Below, one piece after another: positions 1-8,639 of a stretch of 64,000 nucleotides of DNA (the first letter of the stretch is position 1; the number at the start of each line of letters is the position of its first letter). The position numbers and the translations under genes are program-made. Source of the DNA: Planctomycetota bacterium (GTDB lineage Bacteria > Planctomycetota > MHYJ01 > JACPRB01); NCBI GenBank assembly GCA_036383955.1, contig DASVNH010000224.1:1008-65007 (forward strand), written 5' to 3'. The notes under the pieces were generated by a model. It was given only the letters and a program-made list of their open reading frames with translations, searched no databases and was not told the DNA's origin.

Positions 1-138
1 GTCGCGGACCGCCGCCCGGCCCGCGTAGAGCGCGGCCGCGCCGGGAAAGTCCCGGATCGCCTGGTCGTAGGCGTCCCGGGCGCCCGCGACGTCCCCCGCC
101 CACAGAAGCTTCCGGGCGTGATCGCGGCGGTCCAGCAC
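1..138 (-). CDS. partial CDS (first 46 codons, runs off the window), TPR-like
   Basis: My own minus-strand translation from GTG at 138 gives VLDRRDHARKLLWAGDVAGARDAYDQAIRDFPGAAALYAGRAAVRD, open to position 1. It starts right after the larB stop (TGACGTG). Only TPR-like residue spacing supports it, and it is not in the ORF track. Confidence 0.3.
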   Translation of the reverse strand, partial: MLDRRDHARKLLWAGDVAGARDAYDQAIRDFPGAAALYAGRAAVRD

Positions 139-139
139 G

Positions 140-886
140 TCAGTCCCCGCGCGCGATCAGGGCCGCCGAGTAGCCGGCGCCAAAGCCGTTGTCGATGTTG
201 ACCGTCGTCACGCCCGAGGCGCAGGAGTTGAGCATCGCGAGCAGCGTCGCGAGCCCCTCGAAATTCGCGCCGTAGCCCACGCTCGTCGGCACGGCGATCA
301 CGGGACGTCGGACGAGCCCGCCGATCACGCTCGCGAGCGCGCCTTCCATGCCGGCCACCACGACCACGACCTTCGCGTCCGTGACCAGCCGCTGATGCGC
401 GAGCAGCCGGTGGACCCCGGCCACGCCGACGTCGTACAGCGTCTTCACGCGCGCGCCCAGCGCCTCGGCCGTCACCCGCGCCTCCTCGGCGACCGGGATG
501 TCGGCCGTGCCCGCCGACACGACCAGCGCGTAGCCGTCGTGGAGCGGAGGACGTCCGCCCACCGTCACGCAGCGCGCGGCCTCGTGCCAGGCGGCGCGGC
601 GGTCGATCTTGCGGAGGGCCCGGTGGATCTCGGGCGTGGCGCGCGTGGCCAGGAGGTCGCCGTCGCGCCGCAGGATCTCGCGGGCGATCGCGACGACCTG
701 CTTCAGCGTCTTGCCGCGGCAGTAGATCACCTCCGGGAAGCCGCAGCGCAGCGCGCGATGGTGGTCGACCTTCGCGAATTCGAGGTCGCCGAAGGGGAGG
801 TCGCGAAGCTCGCGGAGCAGCGCGTCCTGCGGGAGGCGGCCGCGGCGGTAGCGATCGAGGAGGGACTTGAGGCGGCGCTCGTTCAT
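140..886 (-). CDS. larB: nickel-pincer cofactor biosynthesis protein LarB (PurE/AIR-carboxylase-like)
   Basis: The 248-aa ORF carries LarB-typical blocks: GFPEVIYCRGKT, SAGTADIPVAEEA, DVGVAGVHRL, VAGMEGALASVIGGL, PVIAVPTSVGYGA and NSCASGVTTVNIDNGFGA. Confidence 0.85.
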   Translation of the reverse strand: MNERRLKSLLDRYRRGRLPQDALLRELRDLPFGDLEFAKVDHHRALRCGFPEVIYCRGKTLKQVVAIAREILRRDGDLLATRATPEIHRALRKIDRRAAWHEAARCVTVGGRPPLHDGYALVVSAGTADIPVAEEARVTAEALGARVKTLYDVGVAGVHRLLAHQRLVTDAKVVVVVAGMEGALASVIGGLVRRPVIAVPTSVGYGANFEGLATLLAMLNSCASGVTTVNIDNGFGAGYSAALIARGD

Positions 887-897
887 GGGGATCCGAA

Positions 898-1527
898 TTG
901 TATACTGGCGCGACCATGAGCGTCAAAGCCCCGGTTCCTCGCGCGTACTGGGTGCTCTCCGTGCTGCTCTGCCTCTGCACGCTCGTCGCCCTCTGGATCA
1001 CCGCCTGGAAGATCCGCCAGGACAAGGTCGCGGCCCGCCGCGGAGGACGTCAGGACGAGCCCTCGGAAACCGACCGCCTCCGCCGTCTGCCGCTCGCCCG
1101 GGGCAAGAGCGTGCGGGCGGGCCATTTCAAGCTGGGCTATCCCCGCGACGGCGCGCTGCAGGTGCTCGACCTCAACGCGCGGACCCTCGTCACGTTCACG
1201 GACATCGCTCCCGGAGAGCGCCGCGGCTGGCAGGAGCTGCGGCTGACCTGCGTCGCCGCCGATCCGCAGGCCTACCTGATCGAAGCCGAGTTCCGCCCCG
1301 GCTCCGCCTGCCTCGGCCCCGGCGAGTACGCGGACCTCAAGGCGGGGCTCCAGATCGAGCTCGACGAGGGGCGGCTCCTGACCGTCGTGCGCTGGGACGC
1401 GGAGAAGCCCGAGATCTATCTGGCGGGCCCCTCGGGCGAGGCCGGGCTGGCCGACGGGGGCGAGTTCAGGATCCCGCCCTACCGCGCCCGGCTGGCCGGC
1501 CGCGTGCTGCGCGTTTCCCGCGACTAG
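898..1527 (+). CDS. hypothetical membrane-anchored protein
   Basis: A 209-aa ORF with an N-terminal hydrophobic helix (YWVLSVLLCLCTLVALWITAW). I recognise no family. The start could be the internal ATG at 916. Confidence 0.45.
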   Translation: MYTGATMSVKAPVPRAYWVLSVLLCLCTLVALWITAWKIRQDKVAARRGGRQDEPSETDRLRRLPLARGKSVRAGHFKLGYPRDGALQVLDLNARTLVTFTDIAPGERRGWQELRLTCVAADPQAYLIEAEFRPGSACLGPGEYADLKAGLQIELDEGRLLTVVRWDAEKPEIYLAGPSGEAGLADGGEFRIPPYRARLAGRVLRVSRD

Positions 1528-1555
1528 CCGGCCGCCCCGGGGGTTCAAGCCCTGT

Positions 1556-2992
1556 ATGAAAAACCATAAATCGTACTGTCCAATTTATGGTGCCTTCGTC
1601 GCGCTTCTCCTCCTCCTCGGCGCGGCGCCCGACGAGAAGCTCAACGTGCTGTTCATCGCCGTCGACGACCTCAAGCCCGCCCTGGGCTGTTACGGCGACG
1701 CGCTCGCGAAGACGCCAAACCTCGACGCCCTGGCTGCGCGCGGCACCGCGTTCACGCGGGCCTACTGCCAACAGGCGGTCTGCAGCCCCTCGCGCTCATC
1801 GCTGCTCACGGGCCGCCGCCCCGACACGACCAAGGTCTGGGACCTCGAAACGCACTTCCGGACCGCCCTGCCGGACGTCGTCACCCTCCCCCAGCACTTC
1901 AAGGCCCACGGCTGGCACACGCAGGCCTTCGGCAAGATCTATCACGGCGGCTACGACGACAAGCCCTCGTGGAGCGTCCCGACGACCACCCCGAAGAAGC
2001 CCAACGTCGGGCCCGAGGGCCAGGCCCTCGTCAAGCGCCTCAAGGAGGAGCGGCCGAACGACGACAAGATCCGCGGCCTCCCGTTCGAGGCCCCGGACGT
2101 CGACGACGCCTCCCTCGCCGACGGCTCGATCGCGGACCAGGCGATCGACGCCCTGCGCGGCCTCAAGGACAAGCCGTTCTTTCTGGCCGTCGGGTTCCTC
2201 CGCCCGCACCTGCCCTTCGTCGCGCCGAAGAAGTACTGGGACCTCTGGAAGCCCGCGGACTTCGCGCTGCCCGAGGGGACGTCGATCGACGGCGCCCCGA
2301 AATGGGCCCCGCAGGCGGGGGGCGAGCTGCGGCAGTACCACGACGTCCCGAAAAGCGGCGACCTGCCGGACGCGCTGCGGCGGAACCTGCTGCACGGGTA
2401 CTACGCGGCGACGGCCTACATGGACGCGCAGCTGGGGCGGGTCATGAAGGAGCTGGACGCGCTCGGGCTGCGGGAGAAGACGGTGGTGGTCGTCTGGGGC
2501 GACCACGGCTGGCATCTCGGCGACCACGGGATGTGGTGCAAGCACACGAACTACGAGCAGGCCACGCGGGCGCCGCTGATCGTCGCGGCGCCGCGTTACA
2601 AATCAAACGGTTTGATTTGTAACAGCCTCGTCGAGTTCGTGGACGTGTACCCGACGCTGGCGGAGCTGGCGGGGCTGCCGCTGCCGGAGGGGCTCGAGGG
2701 CACGAGCTTCGCGCCGCTGCTCGACGACGCGAAGAAGCCCTGGAAGAAGGCGGCCTTCAGCCAGTACCCGCGCGGGATTCCGGGGACGGGGCGCTGCATG
2801 GGATACTCGATGCGAACCGAGCGCTGGCGCTTTGTCGCCTGGGAGGCCAAGGCGGTCGCCGAGTACGAGCTCTACGACCTCGAGAAGGATCCCGGCGAGA
2901 CCGTGAACCTGGCGAAAAAGCCCGAGCACGCCGAGCTCGTCAAGACGCTGACGGCCCAGCTCAAGGCCGGCTGGAAGGAAGCCAAACCGTGA
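1556..2992 (+). CDS. sulfatase (formylglycine-dependent, iduronate-2-sulfatase-like)
   Basis: 478 aa with a signal peptide, the CSPSR formylglycine motif in CQQAVCSPSRSSLLTGRRPD, the N-terminal metal-site block NVLFIAVDDL, and GDHGW. Confidence 0.9.
   Translation: MKNHKSYCPIYGAFVALLLLLGAAPDEKLNVLFIAVDDLKPALGCYGDALAKTPNLDALAARGTAFTRAYCQQAVCSPSRSSLLTGRRPDTTKVWDLETHFRTALPDVVTLPQHFKAHGWHTQAFGKIYHGGYDDKPSWSVPTTTPKKPNVGPEGQALVKRLKEERPNDDKIRGLPFEAPDVDDASLADGSIADQAIDALRGLKDKPFFLAVGFLRPHLPFVAPKKYWDLWKPADFALPEGTSIDGAPKWAPQAGGELRQYHDVPKSGDLPDALRRNLLHGYYAATAYMDAQLGRVMKELDALGLREKTVVVVWGDHGWHLGDHGMWCKHTNYEQATRAPLIVAAPRYKSNGLICNSLVEFVDVYPTLAELAGLPLPEGLEGTSFAPLLDDAKKPWKKAAFSQYPRGIPGTGRCMGYSMRTERWRFVAWEAKAVAEYELYDLEKDPGETVNLAKKPEHAELVKTLTAQLKAGWKEAKP
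1564..1590. repeat. AT-rich palindrome CCATAAAT-N11-ATTTATGG in the first codons of sulfatase 1
   Basis: Read directly: 8-bp perfect arms at 1564-1571 and 1583-1590, in a locally very AT-rich patch of a roughly 70% G+C gene. The AYAAATC/GATTTRT half-site is related to the palindromes at 2595 and 4365. Confidence 0.6.
2595..2623. repeat. perfect 29-bp AT-rich palindrome GTTACAAATCAAAC-G-GTTTGATTTGTAAC inside the sulfatase 1 CDS
   Basis: Read directly: 14-bp perfect arms (2595-2608 and 2610-2623). It encodes YKSNGLICN without lengthening the protein relative to the paralogous sulfatase 2 segment. Confidence 0.8.
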
Positions 2993-4362
2993 AGAAGCTC
3001 CTGTTCGCGCTCCTGCTCCTGGGCGCCGGCCGCGAGACGCGGCCCAACATCCTCGTGCTCATCGCCGACGACTGGGGCTACGGCCACGCGGGCGTCTACG
3101 GCGACAAGGTCGTGCGGACGCCCACCTTCGACCAGCTGGCCTCCGAAGGCGTGCTCTTCCAGCGCGCCTTCTGCGCCTCGCCGTCCTGCACGCCCTCGCG
3201 CGCCGCCCTGCTGACGGGCCAGCACATCCACCGCCTGCGCGACAGCGGCAACCTCTGGAGCACGCTCTCGCCGAAGATCGACGTCTACCCCGACCTCCTG
3301 GAAAAGCAGGGCTACACCGTCGGCCTCCGCGGCAAGGGCTGGGGCCCCGGGGACTTCAAGGCAGACGGCCGCGCGCGCAACCCCGCGGGGCCGAACGTGA
3401 AGGACTTCGGCGACTTCCTCAAGGGCGTGCCCGCCGACAATCCCTTCTGCTTCTGGTTCGGCTCGTCCGACCCCCACCGCGCGTACGAGAAAGGCTCGGG
3501 CGCGAAGTCCGGGTTGAAGGCGGAGGACGTCGTCGTGCCGCCCTACTTCCCGGACACCCCCGACGTCCGCAATGACATCCTCGACTACTACTTCGAGGTC
3601 CAGCGCTTCGACCGCGATTGCGCCGACCTCCTCAAGACGCTCGAGGCGTCGGGCCGCGCCGCCGACACGATCGTGGTCGTCACGAGCGACAACGGCATGC
3701 CCTTCCCGCGCTGCAAGGCGAACGTCTACGACTCCGGGACGCGCATGCCGCTGGCGATCCGGTGGACGTCGAAGATCAAGCCCCGGGTCGTCGACGCCCT
3801 GGTCAGCCATACGGACCTGGCGCCGACGTTCCTCGAGGCGGCGGGCCTGCCCGTGCCGCCGGAGATGACGGGCCGTTCGCTGCTGCCCCTGCTGAAAGGC
3901 GAGGCCCAGGAGCGGAGCCGCGTGTTCTTCGGCCGCGAGCGGCACGCGAACGTGCGGCAGGGCGACCTGAGCTATCCCTGCCGCGTGATCCGCACGGCGG
4001 ACTTCGCCTACGTCCGCAACCTGCGGCCCGACCGCTGGCCGGGCGGCGACCCCGAGCAGTACTTCGCGGTGGGCCCCTTCGGCGACTGCGACAACGGGCC
4101 GACGAAGGACGTCGTGCTCTCCGACCGCGCCTGCGCCTCCTTCCAGGGGGCGTTCGGGAAGCGGCCCGAGGAGGAGCTCTTCGACCTCGGCAAGGACCCG
4201 CACCAGCTGAAGAACCTGGCCGCCGACCCGACCTATGCCGAGGTGAAGGCGAAGCTGCGCGCCGAGCTCGACGCCTGGCTCAAGGAGACGGGCGATCCTC
4301 GCGCGCTGGATCCGGCGTCGGACGTCTTCGACAAGTACCCGTACCACGGCAAGCGAGGATAA
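2989..4362 (+). CDS. sulfatase (formylglycine-dependent)
   Basis: 457 aa with a signal peptide, the CTPSR motif in CASPSCTPSRAALLTGQ, NILVLIADDWG and SDNGMPF. The GTG start overlaps the upstream stop (GTGA). Confidence 0.9.
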   Translation: MKKLLFALLLLGAGRETRPNILVLIADDWGYGHAGVYGDKVVRTPTFDQLASEGVLFQRAFCASPSCTPSRAALLTGQHIHRLRDSGNLWSTLSPKIDVYPDLLEKQGYTVGLRGKGWGPGDFKADGRARNPAGPNVKDFGDFLKGVPADNPFCFWFGSSDPHRAYEKGSGAKSGLKAEDVVVPPYFPDTPDVRNDILDYYFEVQRFDRDCADLLKTLEASGRAADTIVVVTSDNGMPFPRCKANVYDSGTRMPLAIRWTSKIKPRVVDALVSHTDLAPTFLEAAGLPVPPEMTGRSLLPLLKGEAQERSRVFFGRERHANVRQGDLSYPCRVIRTADFAYVRNLRPDRWPGGDPEQYFAVGPFGDCDNGPTKDVVLSDRACASFQGAFGKRPEEELFDLGKDPHQLKNLAADPTYAEVKAKLRAELDAWLKETGDPRALDPASDVFDKYPYHGKRG

Positions 4363-4364
4363 GT

Positions 4365-4393
4365 GTTACAAAGCATCCAGTTTAGTTCGTAAC
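4365..4393. repeat. imperfect 29-bp palindrome GTTACAAAGCATCCAGTTTAGTTCGTAAC (intergenic)
   Basis: It has the same length and GTTACAAA...GTAAC ends as the 2595 palindrome (21 of 29 positions identical by hand alignment). It lies between the sulfatase 2 stop and the hydrolase start. Confidence 0.55.
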
Positions 4394-4401
4394 ATCGTGC
4401 C

Positions 4402-5106
4402 GTGATTCTCATCCTGGCGCTCCTGCAGGAGCTCACGATCACGGGCGAACGCTTCGCCTGGAAGGACGCGGAGCGGACGTTCGAGGGGATCTACCTCAAG
4501 CCGGCCGGCGACGGCCCCTTCCCCGCCGTGCTGATCAGCCACGGCCTGGGCGGCAACCCCGAGGGCTTCAGCCTCCCCAAGGCCAGGGAGATGGTGAAGT
4601 GGGGCCTCGTCTGCATCGGACCCGCCTACACCCACGCCGGCAAGGGCGGCGATCGCGCGACGTTCGGAGCGAGCGACGAGAATCTCAAGCGGGCGGCGAT
4701 CTGCCTCGACATCCTCGGCAAGCAGCCTTACGTCGACGCCAAGCGGATCGCGGCCTACGGCAACAGCATGGGCGCGTTCGTGACGGTCGGGCTGGCGGCC
4801 GTCGACACCCGCCTGAAGGCCGCGGCGATCACGGCCGGGGGCGTCGCGCCCAAGGACGGCCTGCCCGCCCCCTCCGAGGCCGTCGCCGCCAAGATCCGCG
4901 TGCCCATCTACACGCTGCACGGGATGTCGGACACCACCGTCCGCCCCGAGCAGTCGCAGAAGCTCAACGACATCCTCGCGACGTCCATGGTCTCGAACGG
5001 CCGCGCGACGTACGAGGGCGTCGGCCACAACCTGCACCAGGAGAAGGCGGCGGACGTCTACGCCAAGATCAAAGCCTGGTTCGAAAAGCACGGCGTGTTG
5101 CGGTAG
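4402..5106 (+). CDS. alpha/beta hydrolase (dienelactone hydrolase / S9-like)
   Basis: 234 aa with the nucleophile elbow GNSMG, and a later HGMSDTTV and GVGHNL consistent with a Ser-Asp-His triad. Confidence 0.75.
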   Translation: MILILALLQELTITGERFAWKDAERTFEGIYLKPAGDGPFPAVLISHGLGGNPEGFSLPKAREMVKWGLVCIGPAYTHAGKGGDRATFGASDENLKRAAICLDILGKQPYVDAKRIAAYGNSMGAFVTVGLAAVDTRLKAAAITAGGVAPKDGLPAPSEAVAAKIRVPIYTLHGMSDTTVRPEQSQKLNDILATSMVSNGRATYEGVGHNLHQEKAADVYAKIKAWFEKHGVLR

Positions 5107-5237
5107 CAGGTTCAGGTTCAGGTTCAGGTTCAGGTTCAGGTTCAGAAAATCCCCCCCTTCCCCCCCCCGGGGGGGGATACTGATCCACAAGGTCATCAGG
5201 AGCATCGGGGGGAGCGTCCTGTACCTGTACCTGAACC
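5107..5237. repeat. hexamer-periodic inverted-repeat element: (CAGGTT)x6.5, C9G8 palindrome, (CCTGTA)2CCTGAACC
   Basis: Read directly. The CAGGTT tandem array is at 5107-5145, the C9/G8 palindrome at 5160-5176, and 5218-5237 is the near reverse complement (18/20) of the left array. It fills the gap between two convergent stop codons (5106 and 5243). Confidence 0.85.
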
Positions 5238-5242
5238 GGTCG

Positions 5243-6253
5243 TCAGGCGTGGTGTTTGGTGGCCGTCGCGTCGAGCCACAAGTCGCTCGCGCGGCCGGCC
5301 TTCAGCAGGTGCCAGCCCAGGCCGGCGATCATCGCGGCGTTGTCGCCGCAGTAGGCCGGCGGCGGAAAATAGGTCTGACATCCGTCGCGCGCGGCCGCCT
5401 TCTCCAGCTTCTCCCGCAGGCGCGTGTTGCAGGCCACGCCCCCGCCCACCGCGATCCTCGACGTCCGCGCCGCGCGGCAGGCCTTCAACGTCTGCTCGAC
5501 GAGCATGTCGACGACCGCCTCCTGGAAGCCGGCGGCGACGTCCTTCCGCTCCTCCTCGGACAGCGTCATCGGCTTCTTCGCGTCCTGCCCGCGCACCCGG
5601 TAGAGCACGGCCGTCTTGATCCCGCTGAAGCTGAAGTCGAGGTTCTCCGGCACCGTCCGCTTGAAGACGATCTTGCCCGGATCGCGGCCCTTCGACAGGG
5701 CGTCGATGATCGGCCCGCCCGGAAACCCGAGCTGCAGCATCTTCGCCACCTTGTCGAACGACTCGCCCGCGGCGTCGTCGGTCGTCGCCCCCAGCGGCGC
5801 GTGGTCCATCTCGCTCGTCGAGCGGTAGAGGCTCGTGTGGCCGCCGGAGACGACGAGGCTCACGCAGGGGAAGGCCAGGTCCGGATGCGCCAGCTTCACG
5901 CCGTAGATGTGGCCGTGGATGTGGTCGACGCCCACCAGCGGCTTCCCCGTCGCGAGCGCGAGCGACTTCGCGAAGGACACCCCCACGAGGAGCGCGCCGA
6001 CCAGGCCCGGGGTGTTCGTGACGGCGAAGCCGTCGACGTCCTTCAACGCCACGCCGGCGTCGGCGAGGGCCTTTTCGACGACCGGCTGGACGCTCTCGAT
6101 GTGGGCGCGGCAGGCGATCTCGGGGACGACGCCGCCGTAGACGCGATGGATGTCGATCTGCGACCGCACCACGTTCGAGCGGACGTCGACGCCATCCGCC
6201 ACGACGGCCGCGGCCGTCTCGTCACAGCTCGATTCGATCCCGAGGATGAGCAC
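5243..6253 (-). CDS. tsaD: tRNA N6-adenosine threonylcarbamoyltransferase TsaD
   Basis: This is the C-terminal 336 aa of track ORF 5243..7588: LILGIESSCDETAAAV, HIHGHIY, VSGGHTSL, GGGVACN. The GTG start at 6253 overlaps the upstream TAG (TAGTG). The rest of the 781-aa ORF is an off-frame artefact. Confidence 0.9.
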   Translation of the reverse strand: MLILGIESSCDETAAAVVADGVDVRSNVVRSQIDIHRVYGGVVPEIACRAHIESVQPVVEKALADAGVALKDVDGFAVTNTPGLVGALLVGVSFAKSLALATGKPLVGVDHIHGHIYGVKLAHPDLAFPCVSLVVSGGHTSLYRSTSEMDHAPLGATTDDAAGESFDKVAKMLQLGFPGGPIIDALSKGRDPGKIVFKRTVPENLDFSFSGIKTAVLYRVRGQDAKKPMTLSEEERKDVAAGFQEAVVDMLVEQTLKACRAARTSRIAVGGGVACNTRLREKLEKAAARDGCQTYFPPPAYCGDNAAMIAGLGWHLLKAGRASDLWLDATATKHHA

Positions 6254-7560
6254 TAGTTCTCGGAGGGCTTGTCTTTCTTGAGGACGCGGGCTTCGACCTT
6301 GGGGTCGCGGTTCTGCATCTTGGCCTTCAGCACTTCGAGGCCGGCCTCGAGCTGGTGGTCCTTGAAGCCCTCGGGGATCGGGGGGCGCTCGCCCTTGACG
6401 ATGCGCTCGTCGTTCCAGGTCCGCATGAGGGCGGACTCCTCTTCCTGGCTCATTTCGATGAGGAAGTCGGGGTCGAGGCCGTAGTCCTTCTTCCCTTCCT
6501 CCTTGTGGACGCTGGTGCCCTTCGGCGTGAAGTAGCGGGCCGTGGTGAGCTTGAGGTGGGAGCCGTCGGACAGCGTGAAGGGGGTCTGGACCGAGCCCTT
6601 CCCGAACGTGCGGGTGCCGACGAGCGTCCCGCGGCCGTGGTCCTTCATGGCGCCCGCGAAGATCTCGCTGGCGCTCGCGGTGGACTGGTTCACGAGCACG
6701 ACGAGCGGCATCGGCGGCAGGGTGTCGCCCTTCTTGGCGGACGCCTCGCGCAGGTCTTCCGGCGTCTTGCCCCGCGTGGTCACGATCACGCCCGCGTCGA
6801 GGAAGCGGTCGGACAAGGCGATGCACTCGGTCAGCAGGCCGCCGCCGTTGAAGCGGAGGTCGATGACCATCGACGTCATGCCCTTGGCCTGGAGATCCTT
6901 CACGGCCGCGTCGAACTGCTCCATCATCTCCGTGAAGTCGCTGATGCGGATGTAGCCCACGCCGTCGTTCAGCATCTTCGGCTTCACGGCCTTCACCACG
7001 ATGATCTTCCGGGTCAGGGTCACTTTGAAGAGCTGCTCGCGGCCCTTGCGCGACATCGTGAGCGTGACGGGCGTGCCGGGCTCGCCTTTGATCTTGCGGA
7101 CGACGTCCTGCAGAGGCTGGCCCTTGATGGAGGCGCCGTCGACTTCCCGGATCTGGTCGCCGGGAAGGATGTCGGCCGCGAACGCCGGCGAGTCCTCGAT
7201 GGGGGTTTCGACGGTCATGAAGCCGGTCTTGGGATCGGAGCCGACGATGATGCCGACGCCGCCGAACTGGCCGCGCATGTGCTGGTCTTCGAAGTCCTTG
7301 TACTCCTGGGCGGTGTAATACTCGCAATAGGGGTCGAGCTTGGAGGCCATGCCCTCGACGGCGGCGTCGAGGAGGGCTCCGGGGGCGACCTCGCCGTACC
7401 AGCGCTTCTGGATGCGGTCGAGGGCGTCGCCGACCTTGGCGGCGCCGTCGCCGGCGGAGCGCTTGCCGATCTGGATGCCGGTGCCGAGGCCCAGGAGGCC
7501 GAAGACGACGGCATAGAGGGGCAGGAGGGCGGCGACCAGGGACGGCTTCCGGGGGAACAT
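6253..7560 (-). CDS. carboxy-terminal processing protease (peptidase S41) with PDZ domain
   Basis: 435 aa with an N-terminal anchor, a PDZ-like segment (GDQIREVDG...PGTPVTL), S41 blocks (DLRFNGGG, VLVNQSTASASEIFAGA, TFGKGSVQ) and an AAGGAG RBS before the ATG. Confidence 0.9.
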   Translation of the reverse strand: MFPRKPSLVAALLPLYAVVFGLLGLGTGIQIGKRSAGDGAAKVGDALDRIQKRWYGEVAPGALLDAAVEGMASKLDPYCEYYTAQEYKDFEDQHMRGQFGGVGIIVGSDPKTGFMTVETPIEDSPAFAADILPGDQIREVDGASIKGQPLQDVVRKIKGEPGTPVTLTMSRKGREQLFKVTLTRKIIVVKAVKPKMLNDGVGYIRISDFTEMMEQFDAAVKDLQAKGMTSMVIDLRFNGGGLLTECIALSDRFLDAGVIVTTRGKTPEDLREASAKKGDTLPPMPLVVLVNQSTASASEIFAGAMKDHGRGTLVGTRTFGKGSVQTPFTLSDGSHLKLTTARYFTPKGTSVHKEEGKKDYGLDPDFLIEMSQEEESALMRTWNDERIVKGERPPIPEGFKDHQLEAGLEVLKAKMQNRDPKVEARVLKKDKPSEN

Positions 7561-7586
7561 GGAAGACTCCTTGTTTGGGCGGTCGC

Positions 7587-7610
7587 ATTATACCATCGGC
7601 GGGGTATAAT
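7587..7610. promoter_or_regulatory. palindromic pair of TATAAT boxes in a divergent intergenic region
   Basis: ATTATACC (7587-7594) and GGTATAAT (7603-7610) form an 8-bp inverted repeat. This gives a TATAAT on each strand, facing the S41 protease gene (minus) and the 7672 gene (plus). No clear -35 boxes. Confidence 0.3.
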
Positions 7611-7671
7611 TCGGAGAGCCATAGGGAGCCCCCCGGGGGCTGGGGATTGATAGGGTAAAGGCGAACGCAGC

Positions 7672-8601
7672 ATGGAGTCTCACCAGACCGAGACCCGGCG
7701 TATCGACAAGTTCACCATGCAGGCGGCCCTGGCGGGCGCCGGCAAGACCATGGACTTCCCCAAGCTGCTCGAGGAGCTGAAGGCGCTCAAGCAGCGCTCG
7801 TACACGCTCGACCTCCAGCGCCTGGAGGATTCGCAGCGCCAGGAGCTCGACGCGGCCATGAAGGCGGCCGAGAAGCGGGTGAAGGGCGGGGGCGTCGAGC
7901 TGCTGAAGGCGCAGGCGGAAGAGCGCCGGATCGCGGAGTCGAAGCACCTGCGCGACAAGGAGCTCCTGAACGCCAAGTTCCAGAAGCTCGACCAGACCCT
8001 GTCCGGCCTGGGCCTCTTCCTCGGGCAGCTCGGCCCGGTGAAGGACCTGGAGCTGAAGATCCGGGAGCAGGAGGCGGCGCTCAAGAAGCAGGAAGAGGAG
8101 CTCAACGTCCAGCGCAAGGTGTTCGCGCGCGAGAAGGACGACCTGGAAGTCGAGCGCAACCTCCTGCGCGAGTCCGAGGCCAAGCTGGTCGAACGCGAGA
8201 AGATCCTCGAGGACGGCCTGAAGAACCTGGACGTGGTGGCGCGCTCGAAGGAGCTGGAGCAGCTGCGCGAGGATCTCGACGCCAAGCTCAAGGCCTACAT
8301 GGACGGCGAGGCCCTGCTCGAGAAGCAGCGCGAAGAGCTCAACAGCGACGCCGACAAGCTGGGCGAGGCGCGGGCGGAAGTCGACCGCGTGGTCGAGCAG
8401 CTCGAGGCGGAGCGCGACGGCCTCCGCAAGCAGAAGGCGGACATGGCCGACGCGGTGGCGAAGGACATGGCGCGGACGTTCGAAGGGCTGATCCGCGACC
8501 TCCTCAAGGAGCGCGAAGCCGAGGAAGCGGCGAAGCCGAAGCCCAAAGCCGCGCCTCCCCCCTCCAAGCAGCCCAACATCTGGGGCGACATTCCCGAGTA
8601 G
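7672..8601 (+). CDS. coiled-coil protein, function unknown
   Basis: 309 aa, strongly E/K/L/R/Q-rich with heptad-like character throughout. No catalytic motif. Confidence 0.6.
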   Translation: MESHQTETRRIDKFTMQAALAGAGKTMDFPKLLEELKALKQRSYTLDLQRLEDSQRQELDAAMKAAEKRVKGGGVELLKAQAEERRIAESKHLRDKELLNAKFQKLDQTLSGLGLFLGQLGPVKDLELKIREQEAALKKQEEELNVQRKVFAREKDDLEVERNLLRESEAKLVEREKILEDGLKNLDVVARSKELEQLREDLDAKLKAYMDGEALLEKQREELNSDADKLGEARAEVDRVVEQLEAERDGLRKQKADMADAVAKDMARTFEGLIRDLLKEREAEEAAKPKPKAAPPPSKQPNIWGDIPE

Positions 8602-8639
8602 CGTTCCCCCCACCGGCCACGTTCACCGTCTCGACCCGG

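Noticed and set aside
140-886. larB without adjacent larC/larE/larA as an anomaly.
   Set aside because: The gene is at the window edge, so partners may lie outside the window. This cannot be judged from the data.
5107-5145. Hexamer arrays (5107-5145 and 58670-58797) as CRISPR arrays or as Gly-Ser / Leu-Asn repeat coding sequence (ORFs 4599..5183 and 4366..5205).
   Set aside because: The units are 6 nt with no spacers, far from CRISPR geometry. The ORFs that traverse them are off-frame artefacts overlapping a well-supported hydrolase gene.
5243-7588. 781-aa ORF that appears to fuse TsaD with an N-terminal extension across the S41 protease gene.
   Set aside because: Only the last 336 aa are TsaD-like. 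The upstream part is Arg/Pro-rich off-frame read-through of the protease gene. A GTG start at 6253 directly abuts the protease stop.
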